From Chrysomallon squamiferum (taxonomy: Eukaryota; Animalia; Mollusca), in assembly GCA_012295275.1 (NCBI GenBank), contig CM022674.1, positions 5,084,001 through 5,148,000 on the forward strand: DNA of 64,000 bases. Direction: 5' to 3'. Shown piece after piece: positions 44,795 through 58,355 of the stretch. Position numbers and translations under genes: made by a program. The notes under the pieces are model-generated. The model worked only from the letters and a program-made list of their open reading frames with translations, made no database searches and was not told the origin of the DNA. Numbering within the stretch: position 1 is the first letter of the stretch; the number at the start of each line of letters is the position of its first letter.

Positions 44795-45656
44795 CATCAT
44801 CGATAAGTATGCAAGAAATTTCTAAATATATTAATATATTTTTCTTCATTTCATAATTAAATTTGCGAATTGATACTATAATTATTTCTGGATACAATTA
44901 ATATTTTATAAAAATAGATTTAGATTTAATATTTACTATTTAATTTTCTTTCTGTTGTGCAGAATTTTTATAATTGTGTGTGTGTGTGTGTGTGTTCAGA
45001 TTTAGATTTCAGTGAATTCTAGTCTTAATTGATTCTTTCCACTGTAATATAAAAATCATACAATTATTATTTATACTCTCTATACAAATAATTAGTAAAT
45101 ATTATTTTAAATTGTTTCACTTAAAGATCAGATTGACCTGAGAACTAATCTGTAGCAACATCTGTCATTTAAAAAAAAAAAAAAAAAAAAAAACAAAAAG
45201 AAAAATATATAATTTCAGAATCTGAACCTTCTTCTACTGTTAATCTTAATGGTTTCTTGAAAATTCTTCTTTTTTAAAATTTCTTCTTTCTTTTTTTTTT
45301 TTTCTTTTTTTTTTTTTCTGCTTTGACTCAAACATCTTTTAATGGATTTGAAAAATGAAGAACTCAACTACAATAGTTCTGTAGATTTAATTTAGTTTCT
45401 TTTCTTTCTTTTTTTCCTTTTTTCCCTTTTTCCTTTTTATCTTTTTCTTTCTTTTTCTTTCTTTTTTTTTTTTTTTTTTTTTTTTTTCAAAAGAGGAAAT
45501 GAAAAAAAAAAAAAAAAAAAAAACGAAAAATGACATTGGAGAGAATATTTCTGCTTAATGAAAAAAAAAAAGAAAAAAAAAGAAAGAAAAAGAAAAAAAT
45601 GTTTCTGTGAATCGATAGAGCTAGAAAGTTACTGTGACATAACCCATGAAGCTGTG

Positions 45657-45669
45657 GTTGCTAGGCAAC
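45657..45669. promoter_or_regulatory. RFX X-box-like palindrome GTTGCTAGGCAAC
   Basis: Matches the RFX GTTGC-(N)-GCAAC pattern, ~1 kb upstream of exon A. Confidence 0.5.
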
Positions 45670-45831
45670 ACACCAAAGCAGATTTAATGAAACAGACTAT
45701 AACTCAGCATGCCACTTTTAAATATTTCGTGTTCAAATTTTTTATTTTTTTCATTTTATGACTTACCTGATTTTAAAAATATTTTTAACAACCACAGAAA
45801 TAAACTTATATTAAATTTATACATTACTTCT

Positions 45832-45862
<31 letters not shown>

Positions 45863-46100
45863 ATAATAATCTGTTTACATTATCTAAATTATAATAATAA
45901 GAATTTTTTTTTTTTCTTTCCACTCCATCTTTCTATCTCTCTTGCTAAGCCCTAAATATACAATGGTGTTTTCTTTTTGAACTATTTATACAATGCATTG
46001 GTCATAGACTGGACTGATGTCATTCCCAAGTGAAGTTTGAAAATAATACCCCAGGTCTGGGCTATAACTGTTTAAAGACATTTTTTTTTTTTCTTTCTTT

Positions 46101-46159
<59 letters not shown>

Positions 46160-46269
46160 AATCCCTTTTATACTGGTATTAAATAAACATTGTTTGTTTG
46201 TGTTTAATTATTACTGAATGGAGCATATTGGATTGGAGTAAGGCAACAGCCATAGTTAACAACAGCTGT

Positions 46270-46316
<47 letters not shown>

Positions 46317-46433
46317 ATAAAAAAAAAAAAAAAAAAAAAAATTTAAAAGGAAAAAGTCTAAGACACATTCAAAGCCAAGCATTTTTTTCTAATCATGACT
46401 GGTTTTATGATTGAAAGCTGTGGAGTTTTTTAT

Positions 46434-46549
<116 letters not shown>

Positions 46550-46740
46550 CTGAAGATATTTTTATTTTGAGTTAACTAGGTTATGTGTTGAACTGCCATA
46601 GCTACTGCTGTTGGCGAAAAATATTTTTACTTTTGAAAGATTATGGAGGACTTTATATGTACTATGTGGCAGCAGGATTCCGATCCGTATTTTTTAAATT
46701 TCAAACTTTTCCTAACCTACTGGTTAATGTCATCCAACAG

Positions 46741-46855
46741 GGAGGAGATACCTGAGTCACATCTACAGGAACAGATGTCTTTGCCAACGTTACCACACCC
46801 CCCTCTGCCCATGGCTGCTGCTATATCAGCACTGCAGCAGCAGCACCAACAACAA

Positions 46856-46911
<56 letters not shown>

Positions 46912-47135
46912 GCACCAACAGCAACAGCAGCCACCACAGATACCTGCAACGTCTTCAGCAGGATCACCTGAAAAGTCGCACCTGTGTTCGGTGTGCCTGA
47001 AGGGCTTCAGGAGTAAACAACAGTTAAATCAACACAGCTTGGTGCATTCTGGGATACGTAAACACGACTGTGCTTACTGTGACAAGTCGTTCAAGCAACT
47101 TTCTCATCTGCAACAACACATTCGGATACACACAG
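46741..47135 (+). CDS. C2H2 ZF gene (LIN-29/rotund/ZNF362/ZNF384-like) exon A: polyQ plus fingers 1-2
   Basis: Branch point CCTAAC at 46711, acceptor ccaacag; Q3HQ22HQ5; CSVC...SKQQLNQH...H and CAYC...KQLSHLQQHIRIHT; donor AG|GTTTGC, phase 1. Confidence 0.9.
46835..46930 (+). repeat. Coding CAG/CAA polyglutamine tract (Q3-H-Q22-H-Q5)
   Basis: Counted from the sequence, in frame within exon A. Confidence 0.95.
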
Positions 47136-47447
47136 GTTTGCTATGTTACTACTACTACTCATTGTGTCGTTGTTGCCAGTGTTGTTGTTGTCGTTGTCGT
47201 TATCGTTATCGTTACGTTGACGTTATGTTGTTACGTTGTCGGTATTGTCAGTTATTACTAATGTTATTATTATTATTATTATTATTCTTCTTATTATTAT
47301 TAATCTTATTGTTATTTTTATTATTATTCTTATTATTATTAATAATAGTGTCATTATTAATATTTTTATTATTACTATTATTGTTATTAATATTATTATT
47401 GTTATTATTATTATAAATAGTGTCATTATTAATATTCTTATTCTTCC

Positions 47448-47490
<43 letters not shown>

Positions 47491-47685
47491 AGTGTTATTA
47501 TTAATATTATTATTATTATTATTTGCGTAGATTATGCTTTGGTGTGGGAATTTATATATTGTGTATGAGCGTGAATATAGCTGGGTGTGTGTGTGTGTGT
47601 GTGGGTGTGTGTCTGTATGTATGTATGTATGAAGATAAATTGACAGGTACAGGTCTGTATTCAGTTAGGCATAGGTATTTGTAGA

Positions 47686-47727
<42 letters not shown>

Positions 47728-47977
47728 AGTTTGTGTAGATAGGTAGGTGACTGGGTATATGTGTGTGTGTGTTTGTGTGTTTTTTTGTTCTTGTATGTGT
47801 GAATATGTATTGGTTTGAAAAGTGAAATAAATTAACTAAATCATAGTTTTGATTAGAGAAATTAACTAAAACTGAGTTAGTTTCTGAGTTTTGAAATGAA
47901 TGAATAAATGTCTGAATTGACTGAGTGAAAGAATAAAGAATTAGTGCATTGTACAAATAAATTAATTAAATATATGT

Positions 47978-48010
<33 letters not shown>

Positions 48011-48017
48011 CATATAT

Positions 48018-48055
<38 letters not shown>

Positions 48056-48400
48056 TGACATATAGGTTTAACTTTTTTTATGTATGTTGATGTATGACTT
48101 GTTGTGTATGTATTTTTAAACGCAGATAGATTGGTAAATAATATTATGGGTTTTTTAATACTCTACTACTAAAATAAATGATTAAATTACTATTTATTTA
48201 TTAATTTTTTTTTTTTTTTCACAATTAAATTAAAAACATCCATCCATCCATTTATTCCGACAGTCTGTCATACTGTTAAAATATACCATTCGGTTTTTAT
48301 TGTTCATACTTGTAGAAAAAAGCATGGAACTTAGAATCATCAGTAAAAATTATTAAATTGTTTTCAGATATAATGAGATGATGCATTTATGTCATTACAG

Positions 48401-48441
<41 letters not shown>

Positions 48442-48955
48442 ATTTTAAATTAAATTTGCATTTTGTTATTTTTTTTTTTTCAATTAAAGCTGAAGAATAT
48501 TGATTTGTCAGAAACATTGTATTTTTATTTTGTTATTTTTTTATATTTATATTTATTTTTATTTCAGTATTATTATTATTACTTTTTTATAAAAACATTC
48601 TAATTTTTTTTATCCATCATTAATTTATCTTATGCTTCATGAAAAGTATTGAAAATTAGAAAAAAGAAAAAAAGAGTGAAAAATAAAATAAAAAATAAAT
48701 TAAAATTTTTAAAAAATTTTAAATTAATAAAGTAGAATAAATTAAAAAGTAAAATAACATAAAACTTGTAAAAAAAATATAAATTAAAAAAAAAAAAGAA
48801 AAAAAAAATATGAAAATAATAAATGAAAATGTAATAGAAAATATATAAAAAGTCAAATTAAATGAAATACATAAAAATAATTTATAGCATGAATAAAATT
48901 TAAAAATATAGATATAAATATCAAAACATTTAACAAAAAGACAAAGAATTAAAAA

Positions 48956-48991
<36 letters not shown>

Positions 48992-49282
48992 AGTAGTAGT
49001 AATAGTAATAACAGTTTAAGTAGGACAATTAAAATTAATAATGATTAAAAAAAAATCATTAATTAATTAAAAACGGAATTAAAAAAAAAATATTAATAAA
49101 ATTATATGTGTTTTTCTTGATCTAAAAATAATTATAACATGCATGTTGAGGTTTTTATTATTATTTTTTCTTTCATTTTTTGATATTTGGCTAGTGGGCA
49201 AGTCATATGAAGTGCAGTAATCAATAAAACTGTAACGTGCTTATCACACACAGATTTTTATTACAAATTTTATTTTTTGACT

Positions 49283-49317
<35 letters not shown>

Positions 49318-49518
49318 TTCAGCTAAGAGCAGAATTGTTTATTATCTCCAGCTGTAAATAGTGTTCTGGGACAGTTATCTGCTCCTTCTACTGGACATAT
49401 GCACTGCATAATATTCTCTGTGTCTTTCTGTTTGTGTGTCTGTGTGTGTGTGTGTGCATGCTTGTGTGTATATAAATGCACATACATATGTATATAAACA
49501 CATTACATATATACACAT

Positions 49519-49555
<37 letters not shown>

Positions 49556-49900
49556 AAGCATACAAATACACACCCTAACATATGCACATATGTACATACA
49601 CACACACATATACACATACACACAGCAAATACACATACTCATGATTCAGATACACACACGATACAGACACACACACACAAACACATATGTACACACACAC
49701 ACACAAATTACACACACAGCAAATACATATACTCATAATTCAGATGCACACTCAATATAGATACATACAGAAATATATATAATCAAAAAAACACACACAC
49801 AACAAATACACATACTTATAATTGAGAGATACACACACAATACAGATACATACACAAACAGAAACACGGGGAGTAAATACACATGAAGACACACATAATT

Positions 49901-49940
<40 letters not shown>

Positions 49941-50089
49941 ATACATACACAATCACACGTGTGATTCATACTTAGGTATACACACATAATATGCACATTA
50001 TACATACACATATGAAAATATACATACACATATGAAGCATATATACACATATATACATATATACAGTAATAAATATGTGTATATATATA

Positions 50090-50120
<31 letters not shown>

Positions 50121-51635
50121 GTGTGTATATATATATATATATATTTTATATACATACACACTCACATACGATACACACATATATTTACACACACAAACAC
50201 ACATCACAGACAGACAGACACATTTACGCACAAACAGAATCAGATCATCCCGACATTCATACCACACTCTGTCCATCCGCCATTAATTAAAACACTTTCT
50301 TTTTTTCCTTCAGTATAATTTCACTCTCCGTATTTTTGAATTCTGTAATAAAAAGAAGACTTGTCACGCTGACCCAGATTTTATGTGTTGCATAAAAATC
50401 TCCGAAGAACTATTAAATGCATTTTTATTTTTATTTCTTTAATTTTTGTATAAATTTTTATCTTCTGATCTCTAATTTGACGACTCCCATTTCTGTCGTT
50501 GGCACTTTTAAGAAAAGGTCACAACGACCATCTCCCAGTGAATCATTTATTGTTGGCTTCTCATTTTTATTTTATTATTATTATTATTTTATTTTTTTTC
50601 GTTGTTGTTGTTTTAAATTAAAATAAAAAATAATGAAAGGGAGAAAAAAATATAAAAAATACAACCTTAATATATATTTTTTTTTTTTTTAGAAAATCAC
50701 TTTTGTTAAGATTTTTTAAAAATATTATTGCTGTTTTCATTTATTAAGGTTATCATGACCAGTGTGTTTGATTTGTTATTTTGTTATTGTTATTACTGAC
50801 GTTATTATTCATTTATTGTTATTATGATTATTATTGTTATTATTGTTGTTATTATTAATGTTTTTATTTATTTATTAACTTTATTATTATTATTATTCTG
50901 ATATTAAAAATTAAGTATAAATGATTTTTATATTTTTGTTATTAATTTTTTATATTTTTATTTATTATGATGATTATTATTTTTACAATTAGCTGTCAAA
51001 AATTTAAAAAAAAAGAAAATAAAGTATTGTAGTTTTGTCATCTTCATCATCTTTATTATTATTATATTTTTTTTTAATAATTAATTTTTTTTTTCTAATT
51101 TAATTTTAATTTCATTTTTAGTATTATGTTATTATTATGATTATTTCATTTGTATTTTATTTATTTTTTATTTAAAATTTTAAAAAAAATAAAATTAGGT
51201 CTTGTTGACATTTATTTTTGATGCGTCATGTCATCACATTTATGGAGGATTTAATTAAATTATCTCTGTAATCTATTGGTTTTTGTATTTCTAATTTATA
51301 TGAGAGAAAATGAAACAAGCTTCATCAATTGTTCTAATTAATATATTTAGTAGTAGTAAATATGGTAATATACAGTAATACCATAATAAATATAAAAATA
51401 AGAAAAAGAATATAAGAATAAATGTTGTAGGAAAACATAACTAGTAATAATGTGATGATATTAATGATGTGACAAAACAATATTAATAATAACAGTAATA
51501 GTAATAAATAGAACTAAGAATAAAATAAATAAAGTAATAAATTGCTATGATGATAATAATGACAGCAAGAACATCAATAATAATAATAAAAGACCACACA
51601 ATAGCAATAAGTGTGTGAACAATGTAAGCAACAGT

Positions 51636-51669
<34 letters not shown>

Positions 51670-51805
51670 GATAATAATAAAAAAGATATGACAAAAAAAA
51701 ATATTAAAATAAAAATACTAGCAGCAACAGCAATAATAATAATAATAAATAAAAATAACACTTAAATGCAAAAATAATAATGATTATGATTATTATTATT
51801 ATTAA

Positions 51806-51875
<70 letters not shown>

Positions 51876-52791
51876 TTAAAAGGAAGTCATTCCTCTTTTC
51901 ATAATACGATGGAACTAATGCATGAATCATTACAATGGAACAGAATATTTTTGAATTAAAAAAAACCCACAAGATTTTCAAAAATGTATCATTTAATCAT
52001 TTAAAACGTCAATTAAATGTGAAATTTGCAAACTGCTTGTATTTATAATAATGTGTCTTTGTGCCCATCTACCTTACCTCAGCATTACTTGCACATTTCT
52101 ACGACCATTCGTAAAAGGACAGAATTAAATTTCTACAACTAAATTATGTAATTGATAATGATGTTGTTTAACACGTATGCCAGCTAGAATAAAAATAGAA
52201 GATGATAATTATATAAACACTAAATGATTATTTTAATTTTAAATAAATTACACACATATTTATATATATTACTGGCATACTTGTATGAATCTTCGTGAAA
52301 GAACAACTGTTTTAAATTTTATGAATGGAAATGTTTCTACAACTATAAATAAATCAGAATTCGTATGGGCAGCATTAGAAAGAAGAAGTGATAATGAAAT
52401 TGTTAAGTAATTGTTGTAGAAAACGAAAAGAGCAGAAAATTAGAAATTGGAAAATGTTAAAACTATTTTTATCTCGAGAAATGCCAATTATAACTGACAT
52501 CGGTATTGTGAGAAACATATGATAATAGTGAGTATGACTGCCTTTAAATTCAAAACTTACAAAGTAAATGCATTAAAATAGATAACAAGTTTTGCAAAAG
52601 TTTAATAAGATGAATACATGTCAATTAAAATAGGTAACAAATATACATAGTGATTGTCTTTAAGTGTAAAAACGTATGAAGTTGAAAATAAAAATAAAAT
52701 TATAAATTAAAAGGTTGCCAGACTGATTCTCTTTAATATTTAATATTGTTGCCTGAAATTAGTAAAAACACATTCAATTTAAGTAATAATA

Positions 52792-52862
<71 letters not shown>

Positions 52863-53375
52863 TGATGATGATGACACTAATAATAATAACAATAATAATA
52901 ATGACAATAATAATAATAACAATAATAATAATAATAAAAAACATTGAAATAACCTCATTGTTATTTAAAACATTGTTTGGCTTTGGTTTTTATTTTTATT
53001 TTTTTTTTTTTTTAAATTTTAAAATCTGTAAGAATGAACATTTTTATACATATAATTGTATTCTAGAACTGAAGGTAAGGGTTTTGTCGGTATGTCTTTG
53101 TGTATGTATGTGGTTGTTCTGTTTGTATAGTTAGACATGGAATTTGTATGTTCGCACTGATGTGTGTTTTGATTTGTTAATGTTATTTACATCTCACATT
53201 TAATCTTAGAAAACACAGAATTACCATTAATTTTAATTTTATTTGTCCTCAAGGCAGAGTAGGAATAATTATATGTAATATAATATATTATATTTTTAAT
53301 ATTACAGATTTCATTTTAATTAGTTATTGTTTGATTAATTTATGTGTTTATTTATTTATTTATTTATTAATGTTA

Positions 53376-53418
<43 letters not shown>

Positions 53419-54160
53419 GTTGCTTATATTGTTGCAGTTAGAAATTTGGCAATAATTCTAATTAAAAAAGAAAAAAAATGTCTACCCATTACATATTATA
53501 ACTGTTGCTTGTACATGTTGTTATTAAATACTTTTGGGGTGCACCCCCCTTGGGCTTTGAAAGAGAAGGTGGGTAGTGTTTGCAGGAAAGGAATGTTTCA
53601 TTGAGCAGAAATGAGCCAGATCCACAGAAAACAGTTCTTTTCAGATTTCTTTTAATTTAGAAAAGAAAAAAGAAAAAAAAAATAAAAATTGAATGAAAAA
53701 AATAGCTACAAAAATTTGAAGACGAAAGAATAAAAACAAGACACTGTTTGAACAGTAACAATTTATTTATTTATTTATTTATTTACTTATTTATTTATTG
53801 ATGAACTTATTTATTTGCTTAATTTAATTGGTAGTATAGAGAGAGAGACAAAATGGCTAACGGAAAAGAATTATTTCCTCTTATAATAAAAAATTGCTGC
53901 ACGTTAATAAAAGATTTATTGTTGCTGTTTGAAAAGAGTATCTCACGTCTTGTTCTAGTCCATGAGTTAACTGTTGGGAAAGAACAGCTTGTGAAGGAAT
54001 TAAAAGTACAAAAAAGAAATTAACTGTTTGAAAAAGAATAGGTTGTGTCAGTACAGCTCTCATGAACATTGTTTAAAAAAAAGAAAAGAATATTTGCTGC
54101 TGTTAAATGAATCTTTTAGTGTTTAATTTTTATTTATTTTTTTTTATTTTTTAATTATTT

Positions 54161-54191
<31 letters not shown>

Positions 54192-54361
54192 TAAAAAAAT
54201 ATTGTATATAACCATGAGAAAATAAATACATAACTGTCTATGGAACAATTGCTGTAAATGAAAATCATTAAAAGACAGACACACACACACACAAAAATAG
54301 ATAATGATTCATCGAACTGGTAAAAATACTGATAGAACAATGTACTTGGAAGTTTCTGAAA

Positions 54362-54421
<60 letters not shown>

Positions 54422-54618
54422 GAGTAATAAAAAGAAACTTAAAAAATGGAGCATTCCTTTCCAGAACTGAGCTTCTTTTCTTCTATGTTTTTCACCAATG
54501 CTGCTGTATAATTTAATTACAAGCTTTTGTAGGCTATGCATTTTGATGTTGTATAATGCAAATAATATATATATATACATATATATATATTTTAAAAGTA
54601 TATAATCTATATATAAAA

Positions 54619-54649
<31 letters not shown>

Positions 54650-54788
54650 GAAAGCAAAAAAAAAAAGAAAAAATAAGTAAAATAAAACAACGAACTCAGA
54701 CAGAACAAACAATTATTAAAACAAGTTTTAATTTATAAAATTTAAGATTTAAATCGTAAAACTGACCAGCAACCATCCTTGTCGACAG

Positions 54789-54965
54789 GCACCCCTTCCG
54801 AAAAGGGCCACATTTGTCCCACGTGCCTAAAAGGGTTTAGGAGCAAACCACAGTTGAACCAACACAACCTGGTGCATTCTGGGATACGAAAACACGAGTG
54901 TCCTTATTGCGACAAATGTTTCAAACAGCTGTCCCACCTTCAGCAACATGTACGGATTCACACAG
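54789..54965 (+). CDS. C2H2 ZF gene exon B: duplicated finger pair, 177 nt, symmetric phase 1-1
   Basis: Branch-like ACTGAC at 54761, acceptor ccttgtcgacag (54788); TPSEKGHICPTCLKGFRSKPQLNQHNLVHSGIRKHECPYCDKCFKQLSHLQQHVRIHT; donor AG|GTAGGG. Other possible acceptors are at 54746 and 54769. Confidence 0.85.
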
Positions 54966-55330
54966 GTAGGGGCATGTGATTTTGGAGAAGGAAAGAAAAA
55001 AAAGAAAAGAAAAGAAATGATTCTAAGTATTAGAAAAAATATATAGATAAATAAATATAGTGGATTTGTTTCACAAACTGTTATATCTGTGTGTGTGTGA
55101 CTTGGTAATGGAGAAAATGAAATTTAAAGAAAATGAGAAAACGAAAAAGGAGGATGGAAATTTGAGAATCGTTTTATGGTTGTTGTTTTTTTAAACTTTT
55201 TATAAGGATATTTGAAAGGGATAATTATTTTAGAACTGGTTTCAAGGAAAATTATGGAATTTAGAATTATTGTTGTTAATAAAATTTTTATTTTTTTTAT
55301 AGAATATAATTTTTTTTTAAATTTTATTAC

Positions 55331-55361
<31 letters not shown>

Positions 55362-55378
55362 GATTATTATTATTATTT

Positions 55379-55410
<32 letters not shown>

Positions 55411-56479
55411 TTATTGTTTCTTCTTTTTTTTTTATTTTATTATTTGGTCTAAGATATTTAAGGTTATATTTAAAAAAAAAAAAAGAAAAACCTACCATTC
55501 AACATAGATATTATAGATATATTAATTAAGGTCCAGTTTTTGGGGTGCACCCCATCAATTAGGTGTATGGATAAAACGGTTAATGAATTAATATAATAAT
55601 GATAAGCTAGTAGTGAACAGAAATAAATAAAATTTAATAACTGCAGATTTAACCAGTTTGGCTGTTTTAGATTTAACATGAGTAGCATCTGAAATCTTAT
55701 TTTCAGTAAGGCATGGCAGCACATACCAAAATGATTGATATACATTATTTATTTATTTATTTGTTTATTTATTTATTATATATATATATATATTTTTTAT
55801 AACAAAGATATCTGAAATTTTTGAGAATTAAAGAAAATCTATATTGAAAATAATACTATTTCGGTATTTATTTTATTTTATTTCTTTTGATTTTATTTAT
55901 TTATTTATTTATATATAAATAAGACTTTAACTGAATAGATGATGAAGGCAGAGATATATAAGATCACTTTCTCATTTCAAACATACCTCTAAATATACAA
56001 GCACGTCTGTCATGGGCAATTAAATGAGGAGGCTAATTATTTTAGTGTTAATATGTTACACACCTTACAGTGGACAGGAAAACACAAAGCATTACCTTTG
56101 ATTAAATTGGTAACAGAGCACTTGTCGGATCTGGATAAAAACCGATACTAGTGCTGCCTCATCTGTAGTTATTTTATTTACTGATTTGTTTTAATGTATT
56201 TGTGTTCATGCTAACAAATTCTGTGAAAATGTGGGAACGGGACAGCTGATCAATCCATATTTCTTTGTGTTAAGTTGTTGTCAAACTTTATTGTCAGAAA
56301 AGATTGTTTGCCAGTTGTAAACAAATTATATGCTCTGTTTCCTTGTTATTTTATTGTCATACTTTTGTAGTTAGCAAAGATTTTTTTTTTTTTTGATAAG
56401 TAAATTCCTGCAGTTATGTTTTCTTGTGCTTTTTTGGTGTTATTGTCAACTTTATTATTAGCAAATGTTGTTTTCATTA

Positions 56480-57915
56480 TACATAATTCCATCATTTATG
56501 TTTTCTTGTGGGTTGTTAGTATATTGTCATACTTTGTAATTAGTAAAGTTTGTTCTTATTTTAAATCGTTCCATCATTTATGTTTTCTTATGTGTAGTTA
56601 TGTTATTGTCATACTTTGTAATTAGTAAAGATTGTTCTCATTTTCAATCATTCCATCATTTATGTTTTCTTGTGGGTAGTTATGTTATTGTCATACTTTG
56701 TAATTAGTAAAGATTGTTCTCATTTTAAATCATTCCATCATTTATGTTTTCTTGTGGGTAGATATACTGTCATACTTTGTAATTAGTAAAGTTTGTTCTC
56801 ATTTTAAATCATTCCATCATTTATGTTTTCTTGTGGGTAGTTATGTTGTTGTCATACTTTGTAATTAGTAAAGTTTGATTTTTAAATAATTTCATCATTT
56901 ATGTTTTCTTGTGGGTTGTTATGTTGTTGTCATACTTTGTAATTAGTAAAGTTTGTTCTCATTTTAAATCATTCCATCATTTATGTTTTCTTGTGGGTAG
57001 TTACGTTATTGTCATACTTTGTAATTAGTAAAGATTGTGTTCATTTTAAATAATTTCATCATTTATGTTTTCTTGTGAGTAGTTACGTTATTGTCATACT
57101 TTGTAATTGGTAAAGTTTGATTTTTAAATAATTTCATCATTTATGTTTTTTTTGTGGGTTGTTATATTATTGTCATACTTTGTAATTAGTAAAGATTGTT
57201 TTCATTTTAAATAATTTCATCATTTATGTTTTCTTGTGGGTAGTTATGTTGGTGTCATACTTTGTAATTAGTAAAGTTTGTTTTAAATAATTTCATCATT
57301 TATGTTTTCTTGTGGGTTGTTATATTATTGTCATACTTTGTAATTAGTAAAGTTTGTTCTCATTTTAAATAATTTCATCATTTATGTTTTATTGTGGGTT
57401 ATTATGTTGTTGTCATACTTTGTAATTAGTAAAGTTTGTTTTAAATAATTTCATCATTTATGTTTTCTTGTGGGTTGTTATATTATTGTCATACTTTGTA
57501 ATTAGTAAAGTTTGTTCTCATTTTAAATAATTTCATCATTTATGTTTTCTTGTGGGTTGTTATATTATTGTCATACTTTGTAATTAGTAAAGTTTGTTCT
57601 CATTTTAAATAATTTCATCATTTATGTTTTCTTGTGGGTAGTTATGTTATTGTCATACTTTGTAATTAGTAAAGATTATTTTCATTTTAAATAATTTCAT
57701 CATTTATGTTTTCTTGTGGGTAGATACACTGTCATACTTTGTAATTTGTAAAGTTTGTTTTAAATAATTTCATCATTTATGTTTTCTTGTGGGTAGTTAC
57801 ACTGTCTTACTTTGTAATTTGTAAAGTTTGTTCTCATTTTAAATGATTTCATCATTTATGTTTTCTTGTGGGCTATTAGTATAATGTCATACTTTATAAT
57901 TAGCCAAGTTTGTTC
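56480..57915. repeat. ~77-82-bp tandem array, about 18 copies, between exons B and C
   Basis: Unit CATCATTTATGTTTTCTTGTGGGT...TGTCATACTTTGTAATTAGTAAAG... is directly visible. Confidence 0.95.
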
Positions 57916-58169
57916 TTTGTTTCGATGAATTTTGGTATGGTTTGTTGGCATAAATACAGGTATATTTAATCCAGAAAGAAATAAAATAATTAACTATATG
58001 AACCACAGTTTACATTTAGACTGTCTAGTGTACCCAGTAGTTGAGTGATGATGTAAAAGCATAGGAGATATTTCATTCTTTATAAAGCACATAGACAAAG
58101 AAACAAAAGATGCAAGCCCACCCTACGAAAAATAGACAATTTGATTTGTTAGATTTAAACGAAACATAA

Positions 58170-58221
<52 letters not shown>

Positions 58222-58355
58222 ATTGATATTACAGACAATATATTTTGCATTTTTACAGATATTATTAACCATATAATCTATAGCTTACAACATCTCATTT
58301 TTTTTTTTTTTTTTTTACTAAAGTGTTTACTTTGTTTTGTTTTGTTGTTAAATAG

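Noticed and set aside
47136-47416. Cys/Leu-rich hydrophobic tail of the 257-aa ORF, suggesting a membrane anchor
   Set aside because: It lies beyond the splice donor at 47136 and is microsatellite read-through.
47580-50230. Inverted (TG)n/(CA)n blocks able to form dsRNA after exon A
   Set aside because: Such pairs occur throughout the window, so there is no specificity without editing data.
46971-54965. Exon B as an assembly duplication or haplotype artefact
   Set aside because: Twenty-one synonymous codon differences, ten amino-acid changes and unrelated flanks exclude a collapsed or allelic copy.
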